From Patescibacteria group bacterium (GTDB lineage Bacteria > Patescibacteriota > Patescibacteriia > Magasanikbacterales > GWA2-37-8): 64,000 nt of DNA. The notes under the pieces are model-generated. The model was not told the origin of the DNA. It ran no database searches and saw only the letters and a program-made list of their open reading frames with translations. Where the stretch lies: contig JBAZUP010000003.1 in NCBI GenBank assembly GCA_041661385.1, positions 36,299 through 100,298 on the forward strand, written 5' to 3'. Position 1 is the stretch's first letter; each line of letters opens with the position of its first letter. Made by a program: the position numbers and the translations under genes. Below are positions 1-8,498 of this stretch, one piece after another.

Positions 1-124
1 GAACGTGCGGATATGCCATACTCTCGTCAAACCGCAATATCCCGTATCATTGCAATTTGACTTCGTGCACGGCCGTAGTATAGCTCAAGTATTAACAGGC
101 TTTAGCCGAAGGAGAAATATTAGA

Positions 125-586
125 ATGTCTAACAGCTACACCAACTACATAACCCCCGACATGGAATATCACGGCAAACATATTATCCAATGGTTAATTG
201 AAGAATTATCCAATCCAGGAAGGTTTACTTTTGGAAGTAAAACTATCGACGAATATATGCACAAATCCATTCTAAATAATTTAGAAAGCGTTACGTATAT
301 TACTAAGCACAACGAATGTTATACATCAGAACGCCTAATATTACGAGACAACAACGCTGTTTTCGTCGAGGGTTTATCCGCTTTGCTGGACAAAGATTTC
401 GATTCACTGACAATGCGTTTTTATTCTCGCTCAGTTATGAATAGTTTTGTCAGCAACATGTCTTATTTGTTCCCGAACACAGCGATATCTTTACACGCCT
501 ACGACTATTGCATAGGAAGTGATTATAAATTCGCGTTTCACAACGGCCACATGACAGATTATATATATAAAAATATCTACGATTAA
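125..586 (+). CDS. hypothetical protein (start set at internal ATG; track ORF opens at 5 with GTG inside an intergenic-type repeat)
   Basis: ORF track frame; followed by hairpin plus T-run at 615-662; no recognisable motifs. Confidence 0.4.
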   Translation: MSNSYTNYITPDMEYHGKHIIQWLIEELSNPGRFTFGSKTIDEYMHKSILNNLESVTYITKHNECYTSERLILRDNNAVFVEGLSALLDKDFDSLTMRFYSRSVMNSFVSNMSYLFPNTAISLHAYDYCIGSDYKFAFHNGHMTDYIYKNIYD

Positions 587-614
587 CCACCGTAGATGTC
601 ACACACAAAAGACA

Positions 615-662
615 GCACAAGGGTAAATACACCGCTACGCGGCCCTTGTGCAATCTTTTTTT
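615..662 (+). terminator. rho-independent terminator
   Basis: GCACAAGGG...CCCTTGTGC stem followed by TCTTTTTTT. Confidence 0.75.
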
Positions 663-740
663 AAGTGCGTGGCAGTCTATAAGCATAACTAAAACAAATC
701 AAAAAACGCTGGCGAGCAATAATCGCAACAGGAGATTGTT

Positions 741-842
741 ATGCTGTTTGAAAATTTAGAAATCAATTACACCGTATCACGCCCGGACGGTTGCGATACA
801 GATTGGGACACAATCGACGCACTCGTTGGCCAATACAATTAA
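741..842 (+). CDS. small hypothetical protein (33 aa)
   Basis: ATG preceded by AACAGGAGA RBS; short, weak. Confidence 0.3.
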   Translation: MLFENLEINYTVSRPDGCDTDWDTIDALVGQYN

Positions 843-871
843 TATACGGTTGCTCATGTTCCATAGAGGCG

Positions 872-923
872 AGTTGGACTCCAAATCCGACTGTGGTGAG
901 TGCAAGTCTCACAGCTTCCGCCA
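872..923 (+). other. tRNA-like 3' half (anticodon arm with CCA anticodon, T-arm GTGAG/CTCAC, acceptor 3' strand, G, CCA) with no matching 5' half; pseudo-tRNA or att-type scar
   Basis: TTGGA-CTCCAAA-TCCGA stem-loop, GTGAG-TGCAAGT-CTCAC, AGCTTCC-G-CCA; T-loop has G55 (non-canonical); no GGAAGCT 5' strand upstream. Confidence 0.3.
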
Positions 924-951
924 AACATGTTTATTTTAAGGAGTTAACATC

Positions 952-1176
952 ATGCAAACTATAGAACAATCTTTAGAACGCAATAGACAATTTTTACTAA
1001 GAAAATGCGGAAAAACAAAAATAAGCTCTGCGATAAAAAATTTACGCAAAGCATTAGATAACAATTCTGATTTTTCCAAACAATTAACAATTGCAAAATT
1101 AGAAATGGAAACAATACTTATTGCAATCAAGTCTTGCGAAAAAGAACTTGAACAGCTTAATTTACGTATACAATAA
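952..1176 (+). CDS. hypothetical protein (74 aa)
   Basis: TAAGGAG RBS 9 nt upstream of ATG. Confidence 0.5.
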   Translation: MQTIEQSLERNRQFLLRKCGKTKISSAIKNLRKALDNNSDFSKQLTIAKLEMETILIAIKSCEKELEQLNLRIQ

Positions 1177-1185
1177 AACTCATTC

Positions 1186-1274
1186 GGAATGGTGTCTGAG
1201 AGGTTTAAAGAGCTGGCCTTGAAAACCAGTGACTCTGCAAAGAGCCGTGGGTTCGAATCCCACCCATTCCGCCA
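1186..1274 (+). tRNA. tRNA-Ser (anticodon UGA), long variable arm
   Basis: acceptor GGAATGG/CCATTCC, anticodon loop CTTGAAA, T-arm GTGGG-TTCGAAT-CCCAC, genomic CCA. Confidence 0.85.
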
Positions 1275-1303
1275 AATCATTTCTTTTCATCTGTTTTTTA
1301 TTT

Positions 1304-1387
1304 AGAAGGGTTCCCGAGCGGTTAAAGGGAGCAGACTGTAAATCTGCCGGTTCGCCTTCGCTGGTTCAAATCCAGCCCCTTCCACCA
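1304..1387 (+). tRNA. tRNA-Tyr (anticodon GUA), long variable arm
   Basis: anticodon stem GCAGA/TCTGC loop CTGTAAA, T-arm GCTGG-TTCAAAT-CCAGC, acceptor ..CCCTTCC-A-CCA. Confidence 0.85.
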
Positions 1388-1421
1388 TTTTATATGTATA
1401 ACCTTATTTTAAGGAGTTTTT

Positions 1422-1580
1422 ATGAACACTTCAGAACAAAACCGCGCCAACCGGCGCGACCGCAAAATTGCAAAAAGAAATGCGCCGATAACGCTAGGAT
1501 TGCCATTAGGCAAACCAAAATACGCTCGATTAGCATCAGACAAAAAACGTCGTCAAGCAGCGAACCACGCTATAGCTTGA
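1422..1580 (+). CDS. small basic hypothetical protein (52 aa)
   Basis: AAGGAG RBS; Arg/Lys-rich. Confidence 0.4.
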   Translation: MNTSEQNRANRRDRKIAKRNAPITLGLPLGKPKYARLASDKKRRQAANHAIA

Positions 1581-1616
1581 CACCAATTGTTGTCTGAGCA
1601 ACATTTATATCAAATT

Positions 1617-1679
1617 TAATTAATTAGGTTGGATCGACAGCCGTAAGCCAGAGTGCATCGACATAAAAGGAACTTAACA
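1617..1679 (+). promoter_or_regulatory. conserved upstream element TGGATCGAC..GCC.TAAG.CAGAG..CATCGACA.AAAAGGAA (copy 1 of 2)
   Basis: ~85% identical to 36985-37049 directly upstream of ssb. Confidence 0.5.
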
Positions 1680-2051
1680 ATGAAAACAACAAACGCAACA
1701 ATCTCGTTCGTAGGCGCACCGATCACAATCAACGGAAAAAAACGCGCACACATTAGTTTAACAAACGAAAACGGCGAAGTAACCCGCGCATACGCTTGGG
1801 ACAAAACAGCCTTTGCTTTGCAAAAAGTAGCAAAAGGCACTCAAGCCGAAGTAACTACCGCACAAAATGCCTTCTTGCCTAAAGAACATGCTTTAGCAGG
1901 TTTTTCGATGGCATATAGCCGGCACATGGCCGGTGAAATCACACAGAAAGCCGCTGCTGCTTTATGTGGCGTAAGTGCCGCAACATATAAACGTCGTGTA
2001 ATTGACGCTATTAAAGTTGACAATATTTTGTCCTTTAAAGTTGCTGCATAA
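1680..2051 (+). CDS. hypothetical protein (start at MKTTNAT); shares its upstream element with ssb
   Basis: AAAGGAA RBS; conserved upstream element also found before ssb at 36985-37049. Confidence 0.55.
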   Translation: MKTTNATISFVGAPITINGKKRAHISLTNENGEVTRAYAWDKTAFALQKVAKGTQAEVTTAQNAFLPKEHALAGFSMAYSRHMAGEITQKAAAALCGVSAATYKRRVIDAIKVDNILSFKVAA

Positions 2052-2057
2052 AAAAAC

Positions 2058-2102
2058 AAGCTGGCTCGTTAAATTTTAACGAGCCAGCTTTAATTTGCTT
2101 TT
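2058..2102 (+). terminator. rho-independent terminator
   Basis: AAGCTGGCTCGTTAAA/TTTAACGAGCCAGCTT hairpin followed by T-rich tract. Confidence 0.8.
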
Positions 2103-2243
2103 AAACTCAAAAACAACTTTTAATAAAAATTCAGTTTATTGCCACCCTTGAAAGGAGGTGATATACTTACCCCTGCCGCCACATCGATTAAAAATCATAT
2201 TTAATTGATTTGACGGTACTCCTGAAGAAAGGAGGTGGTCCCG

Positions 2244-2384
2244 ATGGTTGCAATAACCGTCGCGCTTTCTGTGATTCTGGCAAAACTGGCAACAGCAATT
2301 TGGTTGTTAACTCAATCAATTAACCTGTGGCGAAGTTGGTCAAGAAAAGCAAAAAGCCAGCGTAAGTCCTGGCGGAAACGCTGA
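2244..2384 (+). CDS. small hydrophobic peptide with basic C-terminus (46 aa); type I toxin-like or holin-like
   Basis: AAAGGAGGTG RBS; RBS can pair with upstream ACTCCT; MVAITVALSVILAKLATAIWLL... then RKAKSQRKSWRKR. Confidence 0.45.
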   Translation: MVAITVALSVILAKLATAIWLLTQSINLWRSWSRKAKSQRKSWRKR

Positions 2385-2483
2385 CCATTATCTAAGATGG
2401 ATGTCGGACTGACCTCCGGCATCTGTCTATGGGGTAATTATCTAACATATTCATTGATTTGTCAAGAAAATTGGAGGTTTAAA

Positions 2484-2681
2484 ATGAGCTTACGAACAAA
2501 CAATATTATAACCCTGGTAGCTATAATAGCGGTATTGATAGAAAGTTTTATTGATCCCGTTAAATATGTTGGCCAGTATGTATATATCGGCTGGAACATA
2601 CTGCTTACCGTGATTATAGCATACGCTTTGTACTGCCGGTTCTTCCGGAAGAAAACCCAAAAAAGAAAAATATCGTTTTGA
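2484..2681 (+). CDS. small membrane protein (65 aa)
   Basis: TTGGAGGTTTAAA RBS; two hydrophobic segments, basic tail. Confidence 0.45.
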   Translation: MSLRTNNIITLVAIIAVLIESFIDPVKYVGQYVYIGWNILLTVIIAYALYCRFFRKKTQKRKISF

Positions 2682-2690
2682 TAACCAAAA

Positions 2691-2727
2691 AAAGACAGAT
2701 TGCTAACGCGGTCTGTCTTTTTTTATA
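2691..2727 (+). terminator. rho-independent terminator
   Basis: AAAGACAGA...TCTGTCTTT followed by TTTTTT. Confidence 0.75.
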
Positions 2728-2741
2728 AATTTGGAGAGAAA

Positions 2742-3050
2742 ATGGGAATACTAAAACATATCAAAAGAAACAACCTTGACAGAGAATTGTTTTTAAACAA
2801 CAGAGAATCCACTAAAGATATGTGGCTTGAAGGCATTTTCACAAAAATCAATAGACGAGAAATAACCAAACAAAAAGCAAGAAATAGTCTTGCTGGTAAG
2901 TTTTGTGATTGCGGACAAAAATTATTAAAAAGATATGGCAAAAATATGTATATCAAAGATGTAGGCAACGGATGCGGTCACATAATATACGTTTGTGATT
3001 TTTGCCGAGACAAAATGATTGCGCAAGGATACGGACCATCATGGTTATGA
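2742..3050 (+). CDS. Cys-rich hypothetical protein
   Basis: GGAGAGAAA RBS; CDCG..CGH..CDFC motifs. Confidence 0.45.
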   Translation: MGILKHIKRNNLDRELFLNNRESTKDMWLEGIFTKINRREITKQKARNSLAGKFCDCGQKLLKRYGKNMYIKDVGNGCGHIIYVCDFCRDKMIAQGYGPSWL

Positions 3051-3149
3051 AACTTAATTTTTTCGCATTATGCAAATGCGTTGATGAGGCAAAAAACACA
3101 CAAATAGACGAAAACGCATTTAAATTTGTTCTAAAATAATGAATACTCA

Positions 3150-3186
3150 AACCTCGTAACTTCGGTTACGGGGTTCTTTTATTTTA
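3150..3186 (+). terminator. rho-independent terminator (UUCG tetraloop)
   Basis: AACCTCGTAAC-TTCG-GTTACGGGGTT followed by TCTTTTATTTT. Confidence 0.7.
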
Positions 3187-3253
3187 TACTAACAAAAAAC
3201 AATTCTTCCTTTCAGAAGTTACCACCGTCACGTATTAATAAACTTCCCCGTCG

Positions 3254-3475
3254 CTCCCTTCGCGCATTACGCAAGGTAAATACTCGCACTAGACGATAAA
3301 TGTGCGAACAGCAAAGCGGCGTGTTTGAGTGAAACGAGTTTGCCGTTTGCGGCACATCGCCATAGAACGAGTTTACCTGAAGTACGGCGCTTGACTTTTT
3401 TGCTTGCTTTTTGTGTCAAGACAAAAAGCAAGACGCGCCAGCGAAAAACGCACTCGTTCCATCTAACAAAAACAA
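3254..3475 (+). repeat. structured ~220-bp intergenic repeat, copy 1 of 3 (GC-enriched, nested hairpins)
   Basis: ~85-90% identical to 15838-16050 and 17263-17474; 12-bp perfect hairpin CTTGCTTTTTGT/ACAAAAAGCAAG. Confidence 0.85.
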
Positions 3476-3496
3476 AAAAGTTCCAAAGGAGAAAAA

Positions 3497-3634
3497 ATGA
3501 AAACATTCAATGTTATCGTCGAATTCACGGTTGAAGCAATCGACGAACAAGAGGCTGACGATAAAATTACACCTGCTCTTATCGATTTTAAATATGATTA
3601 TACCGACATTACTTTTTATGAAATAGAAAACTAA
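3497..3634 (+). CDS. small acidic hypothetical protein (45 aa)
   Basis: AAAGGAGAAAAA RBS immediately downstream of repeat copy 1. Confidence 0.4.
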   Translation: MKTFNVIVEFTVEAIDEQEADDKITPALIDFKYDYTDITFYEIEN

Positions 3635-3643
3635 GGAGCCTCA

Positions 3644-4012
3644 ATGTATTCAAAAATCAATCCCTTCGAATACTATAAAAACGATATCACCCACAACGAC
3701 CTGCTCATCGCCTTAGACAACCAAATCAAATCCGTATACCCAGAAATGTATAACAACCTGCACTGGGGCTTTGAATGCAAATATGGCGAAGAGCGATTTC
3801 AAATAGTTAGCCATAACGCTTTTTATATTGCCGCACCATATCCCGGCGATAACGAAGGACTAATAATTGGAATTTATCAAGACTTCGGCAACCAAGCACA
3901 AAGAATCGGTTGTGCCAAAATACTCGACACCGGCTACGACGGAAAAAAATTCGTCTGCAAACTATCCGGAATCATCAACCAATGGTTCCTGCAAAACGCA
4001 ATCTACAACTAA
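3644..4012 (+). CDS. hypothetical protein
   Basis: CTAAGGAGCC RBS; upstream of radC-like gene. Confidence 0.55.
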   Translation: MYSKINPFEYYKNDITHNDLLIALDNQIKSVYPEMYNNLHWGFECKYGEERFQIVSHNAFYIAAPYPGDNEGLIIGIYQDFGNQAQRIGCAKILDTGYDGKKFVCKLSGIINQWFLQNAIYN

Positions 4013-4035
4013 AAATACAGAAATTGGAGATGTTT

Positions 4036-4662
4036 ATGGATCACAGAAAACAAATACTGGAAATACGCGAACAAATGACCGAGTACGGTGCAACCGGCGT
4101 AAACGACATCGACCTTCTGATGTCCAGTCTAGCCGTCGATAAAACCACCGCCAAGCGAGTTTTAGCGGCATTAGATGAAAACTTCGACAACTTAAACGTG
4201 TCAAAACTAAAAGAACAAGTTGGCAACACAACCGGAAACAAAATTGTAGCCTTCCAGGAACTATTTCGAAGACGCTACAAACCATCATTTGACAAAATTA
4301 TCAAACCGACCGACGCATTAAAATACATTCAACATTACGCGCAAAACAAACAAGAACATTTAATAGTAATACTGCTTAACGGCGCCTGTGAAGTTATTAA
4401 AACATCCGTCATCACCATTGGTTTATTAGACCGATCTTTAGCACATCCGAGAGAAGTCTTTGCTGAAGCAGTTAACGAACGAGCCGCCAACATAATAATC
4501 GCCCACAACCATCCAAGCGGACAACTTTCCCCAAGCAACGAAGATCGAAAACTAACCATTCGCTTACAACAAGCCGGAGAGTTATTAGGAATACCACTAA
4601 TAGATCACTTGATATTTTCCACAAAAGGCCACTATTCATTCAAAGAACACGGCGAACTATAA
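4036..4662 (+). CDS. radC: RadC-like JAB/MPN domain protein (DUF2466)
   Basis: HNHPSG and downstream Glu/Asp JAB signature; start moved to ATG after GGAGA RBS (track ORF begins 3910, overlapping previous gene). Confidence 0.8.
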   Translation: MDHRKQILEIREQMTEYGATGVNDIDLLMSSLAVDKTTAKRVLAALDENFDNLNVSKLKEQVGNTTGNKIVAFQELFRRRYKPSFDKIIKPTDALKYIQHYAQNKQEHLIVILLNGACEVIKTSVITIGLLDRSLAHPREVFAEAVNERAANIIIAHNHPSGQLSPSNEDRKLTIRLQQAGELLGIPLIDHLIFSTKGHYSFKEHGEL

Positions 4663-4679
4663 CTATTTAAGAGGTAACT

Positions 4680-4907
4680 ATGATTGTTGCAATAACAAAT
4701 TTAAATGAAATACCAAAAATGTGCTCTTGCGTAAATATAATCCATAATTGCACCCAAACACAACGCTGTAATTATTTTCACTACGACGATAATATAAAAA
4801 AACACATTTGCCTTATCACCGGCAATGCAATAACTACAACCGACATCGAAAACACACCGCGGCCACCGTGGTGTATGCTGAGAAAATTACCAATAATTAA
4901 TATTTAA
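4680..4907 (+). CDS. Cys-rich small protein
   Basis: AAGAGGTAAC RBS. Confidence 0.4.
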   Translation: MIVAITNLNEIPKMCSCVNIIHNCTQTQRCNYFHYDDNIKKHICLITGNAITTTDIENTPRPPWCMLRKLPIINI

Positions 4908-4922
4908 AGGATATACAACACT

Positions 4923-5252
4923 ATGAGCTACAACAAAATGATGAATTGGACAAAAAAACACACAAAACGACCAAAACAACCAATATTCGGCATGCCTTTC
5001 AAAGCCGGAGAAAAAGTTGAATCCGGTCCCGGCATGTGTAAAAGACTTTTCGAAGAAAGACGTGGCTCAAAATGGTTTTGTGTAATGGCATGGAACAAAG
5101 AACAACGAGACTATACCGACCAAGTATCAGAAACCTTCATTGAATGGGATGATGCGGTAAATTTTGCTAGAGAATATGAGAAAACTCACAATCTATCAGA
5201 AAACGCAACCGCTATTTACAACAGCTTTGGTATGAAATCATATGGATATTAA
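4923..5252 (+). CDS. hypothetical protein
   Basis: AAAGGATATAC RBS. Confidence 0.5.
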   Translation: MSYNKMMNWTKKHTKRPKQPIFGMPFKAGEKVESGPGMCKRLFEERRGSKWFCVMAWNKEQRDYTDQVSETFIEWDDAVNFAREYEKTHNLSENATAIYNSFGMKSYGY

Positions 5253-5268
5253 CAATAACGAGGTAATA

Positions 5269-6888
5269 ATGAACTTATTTGACATCTGCGAACCAAAAAA
5301 CCAATTTTACCCTACGCCGGATAATTTAATTGACAAAATGCTGCTAAAAATTGATTTTAACAAAATTAACACTATCCTCGAACCAAACGCAGGAACAGGG
5401 AACATCCTGGATGCCATAAATCGCAAAATTAAATCAAATTGGGATTTACGCCACAACAAATACGACATCGATGCAATTGAAATAGACCACAATTTTCAAC
5501 ACATACTCCGAGGAAATAAACATCGTATCGTACACGACGACTTTTTAACTTTTGACACCTTAAAACACTACGACCTAATAATAATGAACCCTCCTTTTGC
5601 AAACGGCGAAGAACATCTGCTAAAAGCCATGAAAATGCAGGAATCCGGCGGCAATATCATTTGTATTTTAAATGCGCAAACGCTACACAATCCATATTCA
5701 CTAACCCGAAAAGATTTATTGAGAAAACTCAACGACCTTAACGAGAACGTTGAAATTTCTTACCATGATAACGCCTTTTTAGATTCAGAAAGAAAAACAG
5801 CGGTAAAAATAGCGCTGATCAAAATCACAATTCCACTAACAAAACTCAACAGTGTTTTTATTGACGGTCTAAAAGCCGAAGAACGTTATAAACAGGAAAA
5901 CAACGTCAATTATATTGCAAAATCTGAATTAATCGACAATATAGTTGATCAATACAAAATGGAAGTAAAAGCCGGGATAAAACTGATTAACGAATACAAT
6001 GCAATGCTTCCATATATCCAAAACCATTATGATCCCAATTATGAATACTCAAAACCTATTATTAAATTAGAAATTGAACACGGCGAACATAATAACAGCG
6101 ACATCAACAATTATGTCAGACAAGTTCGTATGAAATACTGGCAAGCTTTGTTTGCAAAACCGGAATTTACAAACCTGTTCACATCCGAACTACAAACAAT
6201 TTATCACAACATGGTTGAAGACTTTATCAATTATGATTTTTCCGCATACAACATAAACCAAATCAAAAACCGTATAATGGCACAATTATCAACCAGTGTA
6301 GAAGACACTATAATCAAACTATTCGACGAGTTTTCACACAAATACCACTGGATGAACGAAACATCGAAAAACATCCACTACTATAACGGATGGAAAACAA
6401 ACAAATCTTGGAAAATAAATAAGAAAATCATACTTTTGCTAAATGGATATAGCAGATATAGTCCGGGAAATTTCGATCCGGACAATTATGAAACCGGCCG
6501 CAAAATTCGTGATATCGAAAAAGTCTTCAACTATTTAAACACCGAAGACACCGACCATATTGACCTAGTACGTGCCTTGAAATATGCAAAAATAAATGAA
6601 CAAACCAATAAAATCAAAACAAAATATTTTAATTTAACATTTTACAAAAAAGGCACCTGCCACATCGAAATCACCAACGACCGCCTATTGAAAAAATTCA
6701 ACATCTTCGGCAGCCAACGCAAAGGCTGGTTGCCGCCAAATTACGCAAAAAGCAAATATACCGACATGACCGCCGAAGAAAAAAGCGTAATCGACGAATT
6801 TGAAGGCGAAGCAGAATACAACAAAACCCTAATAAACAAAGACTACTACATCACCCAAAACAGCCAATTGTTGCTGAATTGTGCCTAA
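5269..6888 (+). CDS. N6-adenine DNA methyltransferase (gamma-type; motif I EPNAGTGN, motif IV NPPF) with large C-terminal target-recognition region; apparently orphan
   Basis: LEPNAGTGNILD and IIMNPPFANGE motifs; GAGGTAATA RBS before internal ATG. Confidence 0.85.
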   Translation: MNLFDICEPKNQFYPTPDNLIDKMLLKIDFNKINTILEPNAGTGNILDAINRKIKSNWDLRHNKYDIDAIEIDHNFQHILRGNKHRIVHDDFLTFDTLKHYDLIIMNPPFANGEEHLLKAMKMQESGGNIICILNAQTLHNPYSLTRKDLLRKLNDLNENVEISYHDNAFLDSERKTAVKIALIKITIPLTKLNSVFIDGLKAEERYKQENNVNYIAKSELIDNIVDQYKMEVKAGIKLINEYNAMLPYIQNHYDPNYEYSKPIIKLEIEHGEHNNSDINNYVRQVRMKYWQALFAKPEFTNLFTSELQTIYHNMVEDFINYDFSAYNINQIKNRIMAQLSTSVEDTIIKLFDEFSHKYHWMNETSKNIHYYNGWKTNKSWKINKKIILLLNGYSRYSPGNFDPDNYETGRKIRDIEKVFNYLNTEDTDHIDLVRALKYAKINEQTNKIKTKYFNLTFYKKGTCHIEITNDRLLKKFNIFGSQRKGWLPPNYAKSKYTDMTAEEKSVIDEFEGEAEYNKTLINKDYYITQNSQLLLNCA

Positions 6889-6898
6889 AGGAGAAAAC

Positions 6899-7159
6899 AT
6901 GGTCAAAAAGAAAACCACCACCCCGCAAAACTTCGAGTATCTTGGAATGTTAGTGAAACCATACAAAAAACTAACCGGCATCGACGCTGATTTTGCAAGA
7001 AAGGTTTCTCGCGCCTCTCGTTCTGCTACGCCACCGGGCTGGAACTACGACGAATTTTACAAAACCGCCAAAGCCCACAATTGCGGCGATTTTGATTTAT
7101 TCGAAGTAGACGGAAAACTGCGAATAGCAGGAAAACCTTGTTTTTTCGTCTACGAATAA
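6899..7159 (+). CDS. hypothetical protein
   Basis: TAAAGGAGAAAAC RBS. Confidence 0.5.
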   Translation: MVKKKTTTPQNFEYLGMLVKPYKKLTGIDADFARKVSRASRSATPPGWNYDEFYKTAKAHNCGDFDLFEVDGKLRIAGKPCFFVYE

Positions 7160-7294
7160 TCCCGAAAAACCTCCGTCACAAAACGACCGACGCTTTGCAA
7201 ACCCCGTTACCGGCTTGCAAAACGCGGTCTTATTTGTCCGAATGAACTCATTTCTTTTCAGAAGTTAAATCAAAACTATAAGGAGTTTTAAATT

Positions 7295-7504
7295 ATGAGC
7301 TACCAAGGAAGTTTAAGAATCAAAGACAATAAAATCATGTTTATGGAATATAGAGTCATCGGCGAAATAATAAATAACATTGCCCACGTCGATCCGATGT
7401 ACCACTGCGGCGAAGTATCCGACGGTCTCGACCACAACGGATTTAGCGAAAGCAACAAGAATCTTGTTTGGACTAAAAAACCCGAAACCGCAAACAAATT
7501 ATAA
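7295..7504 (+). CDS. hypothetical protein, paralog of 7517-7834
   Basis: shared IINNIAHV...GL.HNG...N.NL.WT..PETA motif. Confidence 0.45.
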   Translation: MSYQGSLRIKDNKIMFMEYRVIGEIINNIAHVDPMYHCGEVSDGLDHNGFSESNKNLVWTKKPETANKL

Positions 7505-7516
7505 GGAGCAATATTC

Positions 7517-7834
7517 GTGGAAAATCGTAATATACTAAAAACAAATAACGCAGAAAATTTTGCAAAAATAAACGGAATGTTAGACGTTTTTTATGCACAT
7601 AAAAAGCTGTTTGACGCCGTGCCACGCCTTGAAATTAAGCACGTAAGAATATACGACAACACCTTGATCTACAAAGGCTACATAATTATTGGAAAATTAA
7701 TCAACAACATTGCGCACGTAAAAGACATTTATAATCAAGCAGAAGTAATAGCCGGCTTAACCCACAACGGCTACAACCAAGAAAACCAAAATCTGATCTG
7801 GACAACACAACCGGAAACCGCAGGCGTTTTATGA
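7517..7834 (+). CDS. hypothetical protein, paralog of 7295-7504
   Basis: AAGGAG RBS, GTG start. Confidence 0.5.
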   Translation: MENRNILKTNNAENFAKINGMLDVFYAHKKLFDAVPRLEIKHVRIYDNTLIYKGYIIIGKLINNIAHVKDIYNQAEVIAGLTHNGYNQENQNLIWTTQPETAGVL

Positions 7835-8031
7835 ATGATTTACTCGAAGATTGTAAAAAAGTGACAAGTGAAGAATTTTACGAAAATCTTAAAGCGACAG
7901 CTACGGCGGGAAGAGATATAATGCCGCGCATCATTAATGATAGAGTTCCTTACATAGAAGAATGGAAGGATAAACGCGATCGAAAAACATTTGGCTATAC
8001 ATTTGGTGCAGAATATTTTTTAGTAAAGTAA
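7831..8031 (+). CDS. hypothetical protein
   Basis: overlapping start (ATGA). Confidence 0.35.
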   Translation: MNDLLEDCKKVTSEEFYENLKATATAGRDIMPRIINDRVPYIEEWKDKRDRKTFGYTFGAEYFLVK

Positions 8032-8059
8032 ACCGAAAAAGAATTAGGAGACAAACGAA

Positions 8060-8497
8060 ATGAGCATCAAAATCTTAGACGCTAGCAGAATATTATCCGC
8101 CTACCAAGCCTTCAAAACCGAAGACAGGTTACACATCGAGCGCGGATATTACGAATACATTGATACAGACTGGGACAAGCACGGATTTTGCCACCTGCAA
8201 ACACTAATAAACGCCAACAGACTAAGCTTCGCCAACAAATACAAAGAAACCGAAAACGTCGAGATTTTAACCATCGCAAAATACGAAGCGCTCATATCAA
8301 AATGGAACTCCGAAAAAACGACCCCCGAACAAGCGTTAATGACGTTGAAGTGCTTGTTCTACAACATCGAACTAGAATATCTACCACCGCTACCACTCTA
8401 CGAAAACGCCTTAAAACAACTCGATTACACCATCAAAGACCTAACCGAGCATATACTAAAGAAAAATCCGGCATATTTAGCCGCAAAATGGGGATAA
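8060..8497 (+). CDS. hypothetical protein
   Basis: TTAGGAGACAAAC RBS. Confidence 0.5.
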   Translation: MSIKILDASRILSAYQAFKTEDRLHIERGYYEYIDTDWDKHGFCHLQTLINANRLSFANKYKETENVEILTIAKYEALISKWNSEKTTPEQALMTLKCLFYNIELEYLPPLPLYENALKQLDYTIKDLTEHILKKNPAYLAAKWG

Positions 8498-8498
8498 A

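Noticed and set aside
936-1597. Track ORFs 936-1280(-) and 1229-1597(+)
   Set aside because: They overlap the tRNA-Ser and tRNA-Tyr genes and their flanks; spurious.
3254-3475. 215-bp repeat as an IS or MITE
   Set aside because: No terminal inverted repeats, no target-site duplications and no transposase. The copies end at conserved positions relative to downstream RBSs and show stem covariation, which favours a functional structured element.
3267-3534. Track ORFs 3267-3506(-) and 3325-3534(+), plus equivalents 15874-16140(-), 17265-17579(-), 17323-17598(+)
   Set aside because: They lie entirely within the three copies of the structured repeat. Near-identical peptides arise only because the DNA is repeated, with no RBS and high GC. 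They are treated as non-coding.
3910-4035. N-terminal extension of the RadC ORF (track start 3910) and overlapping ORF 3867-4142
   Set aside because: They overlap the upstream gene 3644-4012. The GGAGA RBS followed by ATG at 4036 gives a canonical RadC N-terminus.
7170-7260. Possible terminator after the 6899-7159 gene
   Set aside because: There is a TTTGCAAACC..GGCTTGCAAA hairpin but no clear U-tract, so I did not call it.
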